IMG/VR virus record: IMGVR_UViG_3300035228_001133
Location: 14,402-78,401 of that record
Source of the DNA: a virus
Direction: 5' to 3' (one strand)
DNA: 64,000 bases
This document shows, in pieces, positions 30,101-38,685 of this stretch (position 1 is its first letter; each line of letters begins with the position of its first letter). The translations under genes and the position numbers were made by a program. Below the pieces are notes generated by a model. The model did not search any database and was not told the origin of the DNA. It saw nothing but the letters and a program-made list of their open reading frames with translations.

Positions 30101-31568
30101 TGGTGATTACGGTGTTATTGCATCTGGATTCTCCACAGACGAAAGCCCAAGAACATCAAGAGTCTTTGGTTCTCTGATGGAAGTAAACGGTCCAACTAAG
30201 GCTGGTACTCTGGCTATTGGTGCTACCATGTTTGGTGCAACCTCTGGTGCTCGTGGATGGTTCATTAACGATCAAACCGCTGCAGACAGAATTTACTTCA
30301 AGTATCATCCTGGTTATGGTTCAGTTGGTCTTGGAACCACTGGATTCGTAGATGGTGAGATTATCTGGTTCGGTGCTGGCGGCGACAGTCAGGCTGGTGT
30401 TGGTTCTATCACAGTTTCTGGTGTTACTTCCTCTATCGGCGGACAAAGAGGAACAATCCTTGAGGTTGACAATATTTCTTCAACACTCTTAGTTGGTGAC
30501 GCACTTGGATTCTCTACAACCTCTTATGGTGATGACAATCTCTTCTATATCATCAATACAGTCACGAATATCTCTGCTGCTTCCACATACACGTATTACA
30601 CACCTAGTGGTATTGCAACAGTAACATATCAAGATCGTGCTACGCTGACAATTTCTCCAGAGAAGTCAAGTGGTACATGGGATACCCGAGAGGTAACTGG
30701 TGCAGGTTCTACACTATCTGTTAGAACCCTCTTCTCACAGTGTCGCCTAACAGGACATGACTTCCTGAGTGTTGGTACTGGTAACAAGGCAGAAACCAAT
30801 TATCCCGATGTTGATCAAACTCAGATTATTCAGGGTAATGAGACTAATATCTTCGGTCCTGGTAAGGTATTCTTTGTTTCCACTGACCAAGGTGGTAACT
30901 TCAGAGTCGGTCAATTCTTCTCCGTTGATCAGTTGACTGGTCGTGCAACCTTGGACGCTTCTGCGTTCAACCTGTCTGGTTTGACTGAACTGAGACTGGG
31001 TGCAATCGGTGGTCAAATTGGTGAGGCAATCAACGAATTCTCCTCGGATGAATTCATGTCTGGTCAGTCCAATACTGCATGTCCTACTGAGGGTGCAGTT
31101 GCTGGATTCCTCCGTCATGGTGCGATGGGCGTCAAGGCAATGACTCCACCAGTTGGTACTACTGCCGAAAGACCTGGTGGGCTCGATGAAGAGTTCAACA
31201 CTGGTGCTTTGAGATTCAACACTGATCTTGGTTCTATTGAATTCTATAACGGATCTATTTGGACACAACCTGGACTTAAGACCTACTCAACGGTATCGAG
31301 TTCTGGCGCGGTTGCGGCGGGTCAGGTCTACTTTGTTAACACCACTGGTGGTACTCTAACTCTGACTCTACCTGCATCCCCCGCACTGGGAGATACCATT
31401 AGATTCTATGATGTTGCCAACACCTATGATTCTAATGCGTTGGTCGTTGGACGTAATGGGAAGAAGATTCAGGGTGATGATTCTGACATGACGGTCAATC
31501 TTGAAGGGGCTTCATTTGAACTCGCCTTCTCGGGTGATACCTACGGTTGGAGATTGTTCTCCGTCTGA
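27135..31568 (+). CDS. Tail fibre/tailspike-like protein (1477 aa)
   Basis: AAGGAG RBS; MAEFRLGR start; about five WxxxxxYxxxDxV repeats; beta-helix-type domain (YYVD...AFKTIKAA...EQLPIxVP...SPYVKDCT...DSFTQ); STDQGGNFRVG; GTTAERP; C-terminal TLTLPASPxxGD module. Confidence 0.85.
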   Translation: MAEFRLGRVKFNWTGNWDTSKSYLIDDIAKFGGNTYVAVANHTSTGSTANFYTDLGNWNLHIEGLENRGSWSPDTYYRVNDLVTFGNVVYRVTVAHTSVGTFIDETKVVQYVAGFNSEGEWQNTTEYQQGDVVNYNGSSYVAITTSAAGFNPPEYIGLGTGSKWNVLSDGLAGAAVTYTEGTYYRGDMVLFGGNSYRHKLGITTNVSPVQAGLGTVGDAQYSGTAVWDLLVKGISFVGNFSTTFAYHPGHVVRYGSNSYVSVGASFVNINPIAGVGTYWETLAAGDSAAALNTKGDILTYNGGPARIGIGSTGYALAVQSDGVPGYEIVGNQTRIYYVDSEDGLDANNGLAPNLAFKTIKAACAAARPDNNITDFQYTAATGVATITSPGHGLANVGTFVQLAEIEFECLSGGNVFNILGMTYNKAVGLATITAIGLGAAPEIGIGATVRLRNLGISFTGNANFEHQFSRAESDALITGGDYIHNFVAATSGAVNVVTGSLSGSQLTPTNAVYTATSGELEITVGSHGLSISDTISFDANSMTFTCQMDGGSSNKTYPRTTDPAYGVNLSINAITANTFTVNVGPSPIVNFQVGGATYNQVTGDIVMDVGVHQLDIGTSVKLLTEGIVFKCSMDGYLTDHAYPRATAGDGSPDPAYNTALSITAATTTTITVNVGTASSSQTITGKFPAVHTQASTFQFPVQAVPDNNSIVVNVGVSNTDYLYVSGGTAFVGVTTTVYPDKVSKSYFEVLQVIDANRIRANVGISTINHTYVRGGHLTDLTPAILKLSASQFYEQLPIKVPPFTSIIGNSLRGTQVLPAAGFSDDSVTPNNRSQMFQLSDATTLQAMSMKGMEGFMYDPNVPFVLDNSNIRTGLGTTAAGVVCAFNPDSPINNKSPYVKDCTVFSDNASDFGRHGGGAVGVFADGGVHSEGAKSIVFDSFTQVSSDGAGYILDKSAISEIVSCFTYYCKWGYYSGGGSRIRSVGGNNSYGDYGVIASGFSTDESPRTSRVFGSLMEVNGPTKAGTLAIGATMFGATSGARGWFINDQTAADRIYFKYHPGYGSVGLGTTGFVDGEIIWFGAGGDSQAGVGSITVSGVTSSIGGQRGTILEVDNISSTLLVGDALGFSTTSYGDDNLFYIINTVTNISAASTYTYYTPSGIATVTYQDRATLTISPEKSSGTWDTREVTGAGSTLSVRTLFSQCRLTGHDFLSVGTGNKAETNYPDVDQTQIIQGNETNIFGPGKVFFVSTDQGGNFRVGQFFSVDQLTGRATLDASAFNLSGLTELRLGAIGGQIGEAINEFSSDEFMSGQSNTACPTEGAVAGFLRHGAMGVKAMTPPVGTTAERPGGLDEEFNTGALRFNTDLGSIEFYNGSIWTQPGLKTYSTVSSSGAVAAGQVYFVNTTGGTLTLTLPASPALGDTIRFYDVANTYDSNALVVGRNGKKIQGDDSDMTVNLEGASFELAFSGDTYGWRLFSV

Positions 31569-31610
31569 TACGTGACTATCTTTGTTATGATTTTCTTTAT
31601 CAATTTTTAT

Positions 31611-31617
31611 CTAAATA
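31611..31617 (+). promoter_or_regulatory. Late promoter CTAAATA
   Basis: 20 bp upstream of the ATG at 31638. Confidence 0.7.
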
Positions 31618-31637
31618 AAACTAATCTAGGATCGTAA

Positions 31638-32420
31638 ATGGCCAACTACAGATCATATAAAAAAGTAACTGCGGCCCAGGTTCCAGATGGGTCCATCACC
31701 GTTGATAAACTTGCTAGTGGTGTTGGACCGAGCTGGAACGTAAAAACAGTTTACGGAGATCCATCATCAATGACTTCTGGTTGCTGTTGTCTTTGGACTG
31801 TTCCAACTGGAGTTGGTAAAATTACTTGGGAACTATGGGGTGCTGGTGGTAATGGACATGGTGCATGTTCTTGCAACAGATGTCATCACTACAAAGGTGC
31901 TGGCGGTGGAAGTTACAACACCAAGACAATTTCTACAACAGGAAGTTGTCAATATACAGTATGTGCTGCTGGCGTCTATAGATGCTGTTCTAGAGAATGT
32001 ACTGGATGTTACGGATGTTCTTCATATGTAAATGGATATAATCTAAGTAACTTCTGTGCAGTGGGTGGTGGTAGAGGAGAAGCCAATACTGATTGGTCTA
32101 ACCTCTGTGCATCTGTCCATCACACCTGTATGCAACCAGGAACATATGATGGGGACTTTGCAGTAAACCCTCATTGGCCAGGATTCAGTGGTCAATGGAA
32201 CTGTCATTGTGGTCTGTCGAATACACAAACTTGCAGTGGTGGAGCCGCACTAATTGGAATTGGTAATAAAACGTACTCCAGTCACTGTTGGATGCGTTGT
32301 GGTTGCTGGATCGCACCATATGGTGCTGGTGGCCAAGGCGCAATGACTTCATATTGTGAAAGATGCTGCGGTCAAGGCGGTACTGGTGGATCTGGAATAG
32401 TACGTATCACATACATGTAA
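31638..32420 (+). CDS. Cys/Gly-rich protein, paralog 1 (putative fibre tip/adhesin)
   Basis: 25 Cys in 260 aa; WTVPTGV..WELWGAGGxG...GGxGGSGIVRITY glycine-rich domain frame. Confidence 0.8.
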   Translation: MANYRSYKKVTAAQVPDGSITVDKLASGVGPSWNVKTVYGDPSSMTSGCCCLWTVPTGVGKITWELWGAGGNGHGACSCNRCHHYKGAGGGSYNTKTISTTGSCQYTVCAAGVYRCCSRECTGCYGCSSYVNGYNLSNFCAVGGGRGEANTDWSNLCASVHHTCMQPGTYDGDFAVNPHWPGFSGQWNCHCGLSNTQTCSGGAALIGIGNKTYSSHCWMRCGCWIAPYGAGGQGAMTSYCERCCGQGGTGGSGIVRITYM

Positions 32421-32433
32421 TCAAGGGGAATCA

Positions 32434-33231
32434 ATGGCCGACTACACAAGTTATAAAAAAATTAGTGGAGATCAACTAGATAGTGGAATCTTAGGATCTG
32501 CAAAATTTGCTTCATCCCCAACTTCAACATTTGGAGTAAAGTGGATCTATGGAACTGCGTGCCGATGTTCACCTGGATGTTGCTGCGCTTGGGTTGTTCC
32601 TACTGGAGTTAAGAAACTCTGGATCCAGGCTTGGGGTGCTGGTGGTAATGGAAATGGTGCATGTTCATGTAGTAGATGTCATCACTACAGAGGTGCTGGC
32701 GGTGGACTGTATAACAGTGTGATGTTAGATACCGCCGCTGGATGTACATATTCTGTATGTGCAGGTGGTGTGTATCCATGTCTTTCTAGAGAGTGTGCTG
32801 GATGTAACGGATGTACTTCATACGTTAATGGTTATAATTTAAGTAACTTCTGTGCATACGGTGGATCTTGTGGTCACGCCAACACTAGTTGGTCAACTGC
32901 ATGTAATGCAGAATGGCACTGCTGTGTGGCTCCTACATCTAATGGTGGTCAGTTTGGTATGGGTAACCTACGAGACACTTGGTCTACTGGTGGACATGAT
33001 ACTTACCGTGGTTGGTGTCATTGTTGGGTTCAGATGCAAACACCAACTTCTGCTCCATTCATTGGAACTGATGTTCATATGTCAAATAGAGAGTGTTGGA
33101 TCCGTTGTGGTTGCTGGATTGTTCCTTATGGTCATGGTGGTCAGGGCGCACACTCTTCATATTGTGGTTCAAGTTGCTGCGGACAAGGCGGTACTGGTGG
33201 CGGCGGACTCGTCAAAATCACTTACTTCTGA
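32434..33231 (+). CDS. Cys/Gly-rich protein, paralog 2
   Basis: 27 Cys in 265 aa; colinear with paralog 1. Confidence 0.8.
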   Translation: MADYTSYKKISGDQLDSGILGSAKFASSPTSTFGVKWIYGTACRCSPGCCCAWVVPTGVKKLWIQAWGAGGNGNGACSCSRCHHYRGAGGGLYNSVMLDTAAGCTYSVCAGGVYPCLSRECAGCNGCTSYVNGYNLSNFCAYGGSCGHANTSWSTACNAEWHCCVAPTSNGGQFGMGNLRDTWSTGGHDTYRGWCHCWVQMQTPTSAPFIGTDVHMSNRECWIRCGCWIVPYGHGGQGAHSSYCGSSCCGQGGTGGGGLVKITYF

Positions 33232-33237
33232 TAAATA
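33230..33237 (+). promoter_or_regulatory. Late promoter GATAAATA
   Basis: Overlaps the paralog 2 stop, 20 bp before the ATG at 33258. Confidence 0.65.
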
Positions 33238-33257
33238 ACTATTAAATAGGACTCCAA

Positions 33258-34055
33258 ATGGCCAATTACGCTTCTTATAAACAGATTAGTAACTCCCAAA
33301 TTGTTAATGGGTCTATTACTAACACTCAGCTAGAGAGTGGAGCATTCTCTAACTGGAATGTTAAGTGGATCTATGGGGATCCTGGAACATTGTCATCTGG
33401 TTGCTGTTGTCTTTGGACTGTTCCAACTGGAGTCCAAAAAATGTACGTGGAACTCTGGGGCGCTGGAGGAAATGGACATGGAACATGTTCATGTAACAGA
33501 TGTTATAACTGGCATGGAGCTCAGGGTGGATACTATAATGCAAAAACTCTTTCCGTAACACCAACAAATCAATATACAGTATGTGCTGGTGGTGTTTATC
33601 GTTGTTGTTCTAGAGAATGTGTTGGATGTGATGGATGTGTTTCATATATGAATGGAACTGGATTATCTAACTTCTGTGCAATGGGTGGCACTAGAGGTTG
33701 TGCAACTAACTCTTGGTCCACAACTTGTAGTTCCACTATGGCTAAGTGTTGTATGGAACCTGGTGCTCATGGAGGAGACTTTGGAATGGGTAACCATGGT
33801 GGTGGTACTAGAAAAGGATACGGTGGTGATGGTATGTACTGTCATTGTTTCTTCAATGAGACTAGATCTACAGGAGCTCCATTTTTGGGTACTATGGCAG
33901 TGGCTAATACGGTTAGACATTGTTGGGTCCGTTGTGGTTGCTGGAGAGCTCCATATGGACATGGTGGTCAGGGTGCGATCACATCTTACTGTGAAAGATG
34001 TTGCGGACAAGGTGGAACTGGTGGCGGTGGTCTTGTTAAAATTAGTTATATGTAA
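33258..34055 (+). CDS. Cys/Gly-rich protein, paralog 3
   Basis: 25 Cys in 265 aa; colinear with paralogs 1 and 2. Confidence 0.8.
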   Translation: MANYASYKQISNSQIVNGSITNTQLESGAFSNWNVKWIYGDPGTLSSGCCCLWTVPTGVQKMYVELWGAGGNGHGTCSCNRCYNWHGAQGGYYNAKTLSVTPTNQYTVCAGGVYRCCSRECVGCDGCVSYMNGTGLSNFCAMGGTRGCATNSWSTTCSSTMAKCCMEPGAHGGDFGMGNHGGGTRKGYGGDGMYCHCFFNETRSTGAPFLGTMAVANTVRHCWVRCGCWRAPYGHGGQGAITSYCERCCGQGGTGGGGLVKISYM

Positions 34056-34095
34056 TTCTGGATGTTGTGGGGCAGGATGTCCCGATTGTCCATTT

Positions 34096-34120
34096 AGACC
34101 TCGGAAAGGGGTCTTTTTTT
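34096..34120 (+). terminator. Rho-independent terminator
   Basis: AGACCTC-GGAAA-GGGGTCT followed by a T tract. Confidence 0.8.
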
Positions 34121-34129
34121 ATGTTTTAT

Positions 34130-34137
34130 TATAAATA
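34130..34137 (+). promoter_or_regulatory. Late promoter TATAAATA
   Basis: Exact consensus directly after the terminator. Confidence 0.85.
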
Positions 34138-34171
34138 ACTGGGAAGGATGTTAACCTGAAAAAATCTAACC

Positions 34172-34942
34172 ATGGCAACAGAAATTATTTCTCACGATTG
34201 GAACATGCCTGTTCCAAACGCTTTTCTAAGAGATCACTCATATTCCGAAGGCAAATCAAGAGCTGTCACTTACGATGGTCCTGACAAAATTTGGCTCCAA
34301 ATTGGTGCCGATGGGACAGAAAAGTACGGTCCGTTAACCGAAGATGACCTTGCTGATGGGAGACCAATCCCAGCCGATGTAACTCAAATGTTTGAAGTGG
34401 ATTGCACAGCGTATCCACTAATTTGTCAACTGAGGGGACCAGTCATCGATGAAAAAGAAGAAACACGAGACGTTGATGATGACGTTGCTCATCCAGATTG
34501 TCCCGATATGACTGCTCAAGGGTACAGACAATTTAAGTATAATCAGCATTTGTTTATCGAAGATCTTTATGACGCATCAACTGTAAAAGTTGTTGATGGA
34601 GTTCCAACAATACATGCATTTACTGTTCAGGAAAAACTCCTTGGCAGACCAACTGATTTGACCTGGGATGAGATTAGATCTCATAGAAATTCAATTCTTG
34701 ATCAGACTGATGGTCAAATTGCAGATGACATGCCCGAGGACATGAAGAATTCTTGGAAAGCGTATCGTCAGAAGTTGAGAGATCTGCCAACTGAATTGGA
34801 AACTGCTGGTGTTTCACCAAATATAGCATACTACATGTTCCCAGACCAACCATTTTATACTGCACCTCCATCTGACCCAGAAGCACCTGCAGATGCAACT
34901 GCCGATTGGGCCCCTCCAGAGAGTGGTGTTATTAACGGTTGA
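34172..34942 (+). CDS. Protein with C-terminal phage tail-fibre assembly chaperone-like domain
   Basis: WDEIRSHRNSILDQTD...WKAYRQKLRDLP motif followed by a Pro-rich tail. Confidence 0.7.
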   Translation: MATEIISHDWNMPVPNAFLRDHSYSEGKSRAVTYDGPDKIWLQIGADGTEKYGPLTEDDLADGRPIPADVTQMFEVDCTAYPLICQLRGPVIDEKEETRDVDDDVAHPDCPDMTAQGYRQFKYNQHLFIEDLYDASTVKVVDGVPTIHAFTVQEKLLGRPTDLTWDEIRSHRNSILDQTDGQIADDMPEDMKNSWKAYRQKLRDLPTELETAGVSPNIAYYMFPDQPFYTAPPSDPEAPADATADWAPPESGVING

Positions 34943-34974
34943 GTTTAAGGTAGATATATAATATTATATTATAT

Positions 34975-34995
34975 GGGAGCTAAGGCTCCCTTTTT
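34975..34995 (+). terminator. Rho-independent terminator
   Basis: GGGAGC-TAAG-GCTCCC followed by TTTTT. Confidence 0.75.
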
Positions 34996-35008
34996 AATGA
35001 GAAGAAAT

Positions 35009-35641
35009 ATGTTTGAACTAAATGAATCTCGTAAGACGACAGTAAAAAAAATATATGATCATTCTAAAAATGAACTAGGATATGTATGGAGATATGTAAT
35101 TACTGTAGATGATTTCTATAAAGATCCTGATAAAGTGCGAGAAATTGCTCTTAATGGTACTCGCAAGACAGATAAGAAATATACGGGAAATCTTATAGGA
35201 TCAAGAGTTGTTGAAAATATAGAAGGATTTGATGAGAATTTAAAATCAGTTTTTGAAAAAGCATGTCAATTTGATTTTTGGAATCCAGAGTACGATGATA
35301 CTTTTTGGAGAGATACTAAATTTATGGTAAATATCACTAATGGGGATGATATTGAAAATAGATTTAATGAGAAAAAACATACCTATACATTCCATAAAGA
35401 TTCAACCAATTATAAGTGGGCTGCAGTAATTTATCTCAATAAAGATGAAGAATGTGATGGGGGAACTAACTTTTATGCTTGGATGCCAGAAGATCCATCA
35501 GCCGTACCAAGATTGGAATATGAATCTGAAATGAAATACAATAGGATGGTATTATATGAATGTGGTCACATGCATGGAGCAGTTCTTAAAAGAGGTATGT
35601 TTACTGAGTTTCCAAGACTTGTGCAAGTATTATTCATGTAA
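35009..35641 (+). CDS. 2OG-Fe(II) oxygenase-like protein (DUF6445-type)
   Basis: VDDFYKDPDKVR, FHKD (HxD), WAAVIYLN...GGTNFY, MKYNR, HMHG, RL. Start placed after the terminator hairpin. Confidence 0.7.
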   Translation: MFELNESRKTTVKKIYDHSKNELGYVWRYVITVDDFYKDPDKVREIALNGTRKTDKKYTGNLIGSRVVENIEGFDENLKSVFEKACQFDFWNPEYDDTFWRDTKFMVNITNGDDIENRFNEKKHTYTFHKDSTNYKWAAVIYLNKDEECDGGTNFYAWMPEDPSAVPRLEYESEMKYNRMVLYECGHMHGAVLKRGMFTEFPRLVQVLFM

Positions 35642-35651
35642 TTTTGGTAGA

Positions 35652-35658
35652 CTAAATA
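35652..35658 (+). promoter_or_regulatory. Late promoter CTAAATA heading the glycosyltransferase/carbamoyltransferase operon
   Basis: Intergenic; same variant as before gp8, gp15, gp18 and gp19. Confidence 0.65.
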
Positions 35659-35703
35659 CATCAGAATAGATCATTCTTTATCATACTGTTTGGAGTTTTT
35701 TAT

Positions 35704-36879
35704 ATGAGATCCAAAGCATTTTTTGTCAATGGAGGAGCCGGTAGAGTGCTTTGCTCCATTCCTGCATTTGAAAAATATGCAGAAACCCATGATGATTTTA
35801 TCATCGTTGCTGAAGGAGGAACAGACTTTTTTAAAGGTCATGCAACTCTAGATGGCAAAGTCTATGACATGTGGCACAAAAATTTGTTCCATGAACATTT
35901 GAAGCATAGAGACTGTGTTTCACCAGAACCATATAGAATGTGGCATTACTACAATCAAAAATGTAGTTTGGCACAAGCTTTTGATATGGAAATCAACGGT
36001 CTAGATGAACCGAGAGAACTTCCCAAACCAACTCTCAATCTCACTAAGATGGAGGTTATTGCTGGTTACAATATGATTCAAGAAGTTAAAGCAGTAACTG
36101 GTAAAGATAAGGTAGTAGTAATCCAACCTTTTGGTAGAGGAGTTCAGACTGTTGGCGAGTTTATTGCAGACGCTTCTTCAAGAAGTATGTCTCTAGTAAA
36201 CACTGTAGATATTATTAATGATCTCAAAAAAGATTATGGTGTTATTGTCATGGCTGAACTTCAGTTTCCTGTAGAAGAAAATGAAGACAAGTCAAAATAT
36301 AAAATTGCAAGACCTCAGATTGATGACATTAGGGTATGGGCTTCTGTCATAGACGTTGCTGATCATTTTATAGGTGTAGATAGTATCGGTCAACATATTT
36401 GTAAGTCTCTTGACAAAAAAGCAACTGTAGTTATTGGATCTACTTATCCAGTTAATATTTCTTATCCAGAGGATAGTAACTTTGATCTAATTGATATTGG
36501 TTTAGACAGAAGGAAATATTCCCCAATTAGATTGACTATGGATGAAACTATTGATCGTTATAATGATCAATCCATGGAAATGTCTGCGGAACAAGTCAAA
36601 TCTATTTTACGTTCTGCTAGAAAACATTTAGGCAAACCCACTTCGTTTAAAGGAACTTATACGCCTCCACAAAGTACGGATTGTCCTACCTGTCCACCTG
36701 GAACTTCATCAACTCCTGCAGTTGCACCAGGAAGTACTGCAATGTTGCCAGGAAGTAGTACATTGATGCCACAACCTCAGTGGAATCAGCCACCTGCAAA
36801 TATTGCAGAAAAACCCAAAAAACCAAAAGTAGGTTTCAAAAACGAAGTAAAGAATCTACTGAAAACTGATATTAATTGA
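35704..36879 (+). CDS. Putative GT-B glycosyltransferase (GT9/heptosyltransferase-like)
   Basis: NGGAGRVLCSIPA resembles the GT9 GxGDxxxxxP region; VVIQPFG; ADHFIGVDSIGQH resembles the GT9 xxDSGxxH motif; VVIGST. Pro-rich tail with CPTC. Confidence 0.55.
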   Translation: MRSKAFFVNGGAGRVLCSIPAFEKYAETHDDFIIVAEGGTDFFKGHATLDGKVYDMWHKNLFHEHLKHRDCVSPEPYRMWHYYNQKCSLAQAFDMEINGLDEPRELPKPTLNLTKMEVIAGYNMIQEVKAVTGKDKVVVIQPFGRGVQTVGEFIADASSRSMSLVNTVDIINDLKKDYGVIVMAELQFPVEENEDKSKYKIARPQIDDIRVWASVIDVADHFIGVDSIGQHICKSLDKKATVVIGSTYPVNISYPEDSNFDLIDIGLDRRKYSPIRLTMDETIDRYNDQSMEMSAEQVKSILRSARKHLGKPTSFKGTYTPPQSTDCPTCPPGTSSTPAVAPGSTAMLPGSSTLMPQPQWNQPPANIAEKPKKPKVGFKNEVKNLLKTDIN

Positions 36880-36888
36880 GGTATTTAA

Positions 36889-38685
36889 ATGTCACAATGG
36901 ATTGCGGCTATTGCCCGAGGTCATAACTCAGGGCTCTGTCTTCTCAAAGATGGTGAAATTGTATTATCAATAGAAGAAGAACGACTTTCTAGGAACAAGT
37001 ATGATGGAGGTCCATATGCGTGTATGACTAGAATTTTGGACTTCACAGATACTCTTGATTATCTCGTTATCGCACATACTCAACCACTGAGTGAGGCTGG
37101 TCAATGTGATTTCAGTGGAGATCCCATTTATGTTGCATTGGCAAGAAAGTTGGGACTAATCGATAGGAAAGCAAATCCACATCAACACCCACAAGTTATT
37201 GATTTGAGTGCAACTCACCATAAACTTCACGCAGCATGTGCCTTCTATAGGTCTGGATTTAGTCGTGCTGCAGCCGTTGTTGTTGATGGTGCAGGTACTT
37301 TTATTCCCATGAATATTAATGGGGAAAATGAAATGACTTGGGAATTGGAAACTCTATTTAATTGTGAGTATCCATCAGAATTTAAGACAATATATAAACA
37401 TCAAGGCGGAAGAGGTCCATGGACATCTGTTCGATTTGAGGAGTTTAGTAGTAAAAGGGAAGGTGAGGAAGGAACTCATGAAATGATTCTTGATGATACT
37501 GCTGGTATTACTAAGGCATATGAAGCTGTAACACAGTATTGTGGGTGGTCTCCTATTGAAGCTGGTAAAACTATGGGTCTATTCCCCTATGGAAACCCCA
37601 ATGATGATATTCCCGATGTGTATACCGATTATAATGGTGCCTCTGAGTGGAAGACATCCAATAGAGACCTCATTACACCAACGTATCCTAACGGTGCCCT
37701 AGTCAATCAGGGGCGGTTTAAATACCTTAAGACTGACTATGACTATGAAGGTGATATGACCCTCCTACAGAACCGTAGAGACATGGCATACGCTATTCAA
37801 GTAGAGTCTCAACAGATGGTTCTGGATCTCATTCGCAAAGTTGTAGGTATGACTGGTCAAACTAATGTAGTATTGACTGGTGGATATGCACTAAATTGTG
37901 TTGCTAACTATTGGTATCTTGAACAACTAAAAGATGAAGGTATTAATCTATTTGTAGAACCTGTAAGTAATGATGCTGGTACTGCAATTGGAGCTGCACT
38001 TCTCCAATACCATAGAGTAACTAAAGATGCACAAGTCCGTGAACCACTAAAAGATCTTTATACTGGATTTGAATACATGTATTCGACTGATCAAATTGTA
38101 GATACTGCAGATAAGTATAACTCCACAAGAGTTTTTGAATCTACAAACAAAGATGTAATTGATTTAATTACCAATAAAAATATTGTTGCTATCTTCCAAG
38201 GTAGATCCGAGGCTGGTCCCAGAGCACTAGGTAACAGGTCCATTCTTTATGATCCTCGTGATCCAGATGGAAAGGATTTTGTCAATAAAGTAAAAAATCG
38301 TGAATACTTCCGACCTTTTGCGGGATCAATCCTTAAAGAACATGTTCATGAGTGGTTTGATCTTCGTGGCATGGACGAAACCCCGTTCATGATGTATGCT
38401 GTTAAATGTCAGGATGGGATTGAAGAAAAAATTCCTGCAATTATTCATGTTGATGGTACTTGTAGGATTCAAACAGTCACTGAAGATCAAAATAAAAATT
38501 ATTATGATTTGATTAAAGAATTTTATGAAGCTACTGGTTGCCCTATTGTCTTCAACACTTCTTTTAATTTGGGGGGCGAGCCTCTCGTTGAAACACTTGA
38601 TGATGCTTGCAGAACCCTTTCTGAATCTGATATTGAATATCTCTACTTACCCGAACATGGGTTGATGATTGAGGCTAAAAATTAA
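36889..38685 (+). CDS. O-carbamoyltransferase (NodU/CmcH/TobZ family), full length
   Basis: EEERLSR.K, HHxxHA, VVDGAG, AGKTMGL, GGYALNC, NDAGTAIGAA; C-terminal GPRALGNRSIL, REYFRPFA, HVDGTCRIQTV, NTSFN. Confidence 0.92.
   Translation: MSQWIAAIARGHNSGLCLLKDGEIVLSIEEERLSRNKYDGGPYACMTRILDFTDTLDYLVIAHTQPLSEAGQCDFSGDPIYVALARKLGLIDRKANPHQHPQVIDLSATHHKLHAACAFYRSGFSRAAAVVVDGAGTFIPMNINGENEMTWELETLFNCEYPSEFKTIYKHQGGRGPWTSVRFEEFSSKREGEEGTHEMILDDTAGITKAYEAVTQYCGWSPIEAGKTMGLFPYGNPNDDIPDVYTDYNGASEWKTSNRDLITPTYPNGALVNQGRFKYLKTDYDYEGDMTLLQNRRDMAYAIQVESQQMVLDLIRKVVGMTGQTNVVLTGGYALNCVANYWYLEQLKDEGINLFVEPVSNDAGTAIGAALLQYHRVTKDAQVREPLKDLYTGFEYMYSTDQIVDTADKYNSTRVFESTNKDVIDLITNKNIVAIFQGRSEAGPRALGNRSILYDPRDPDGKDFVNKVKNREYFRPFAGSILKEHVHEWFDLRGMDETPFMMYAVKCQDGIEEKIPAIIHVDGTCRIQTVTEDQNKNYYDLIKEFYEATGCPIVFNTSFNLGGEPLVETLDDACRTLSESDIEYLYLPEHGLMIEAKN

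Noticed and set aside
31638-34055. Diversity-generating retroelement or RiPP precursors
   Set aside because: No reverse transcriptase in the window, differences between paralogs are not adenine-specific, and the proteins are about 260 aa with a fibre-like glycine-rich frame rather than leader-core peptides.
34939-34967. Possible sigma70 promoter TTGAGT-N17-TATTAT
   Set aside because: AT-rich context makes a chance match likely, and it lies immediately upstream of a terminator hairpin.
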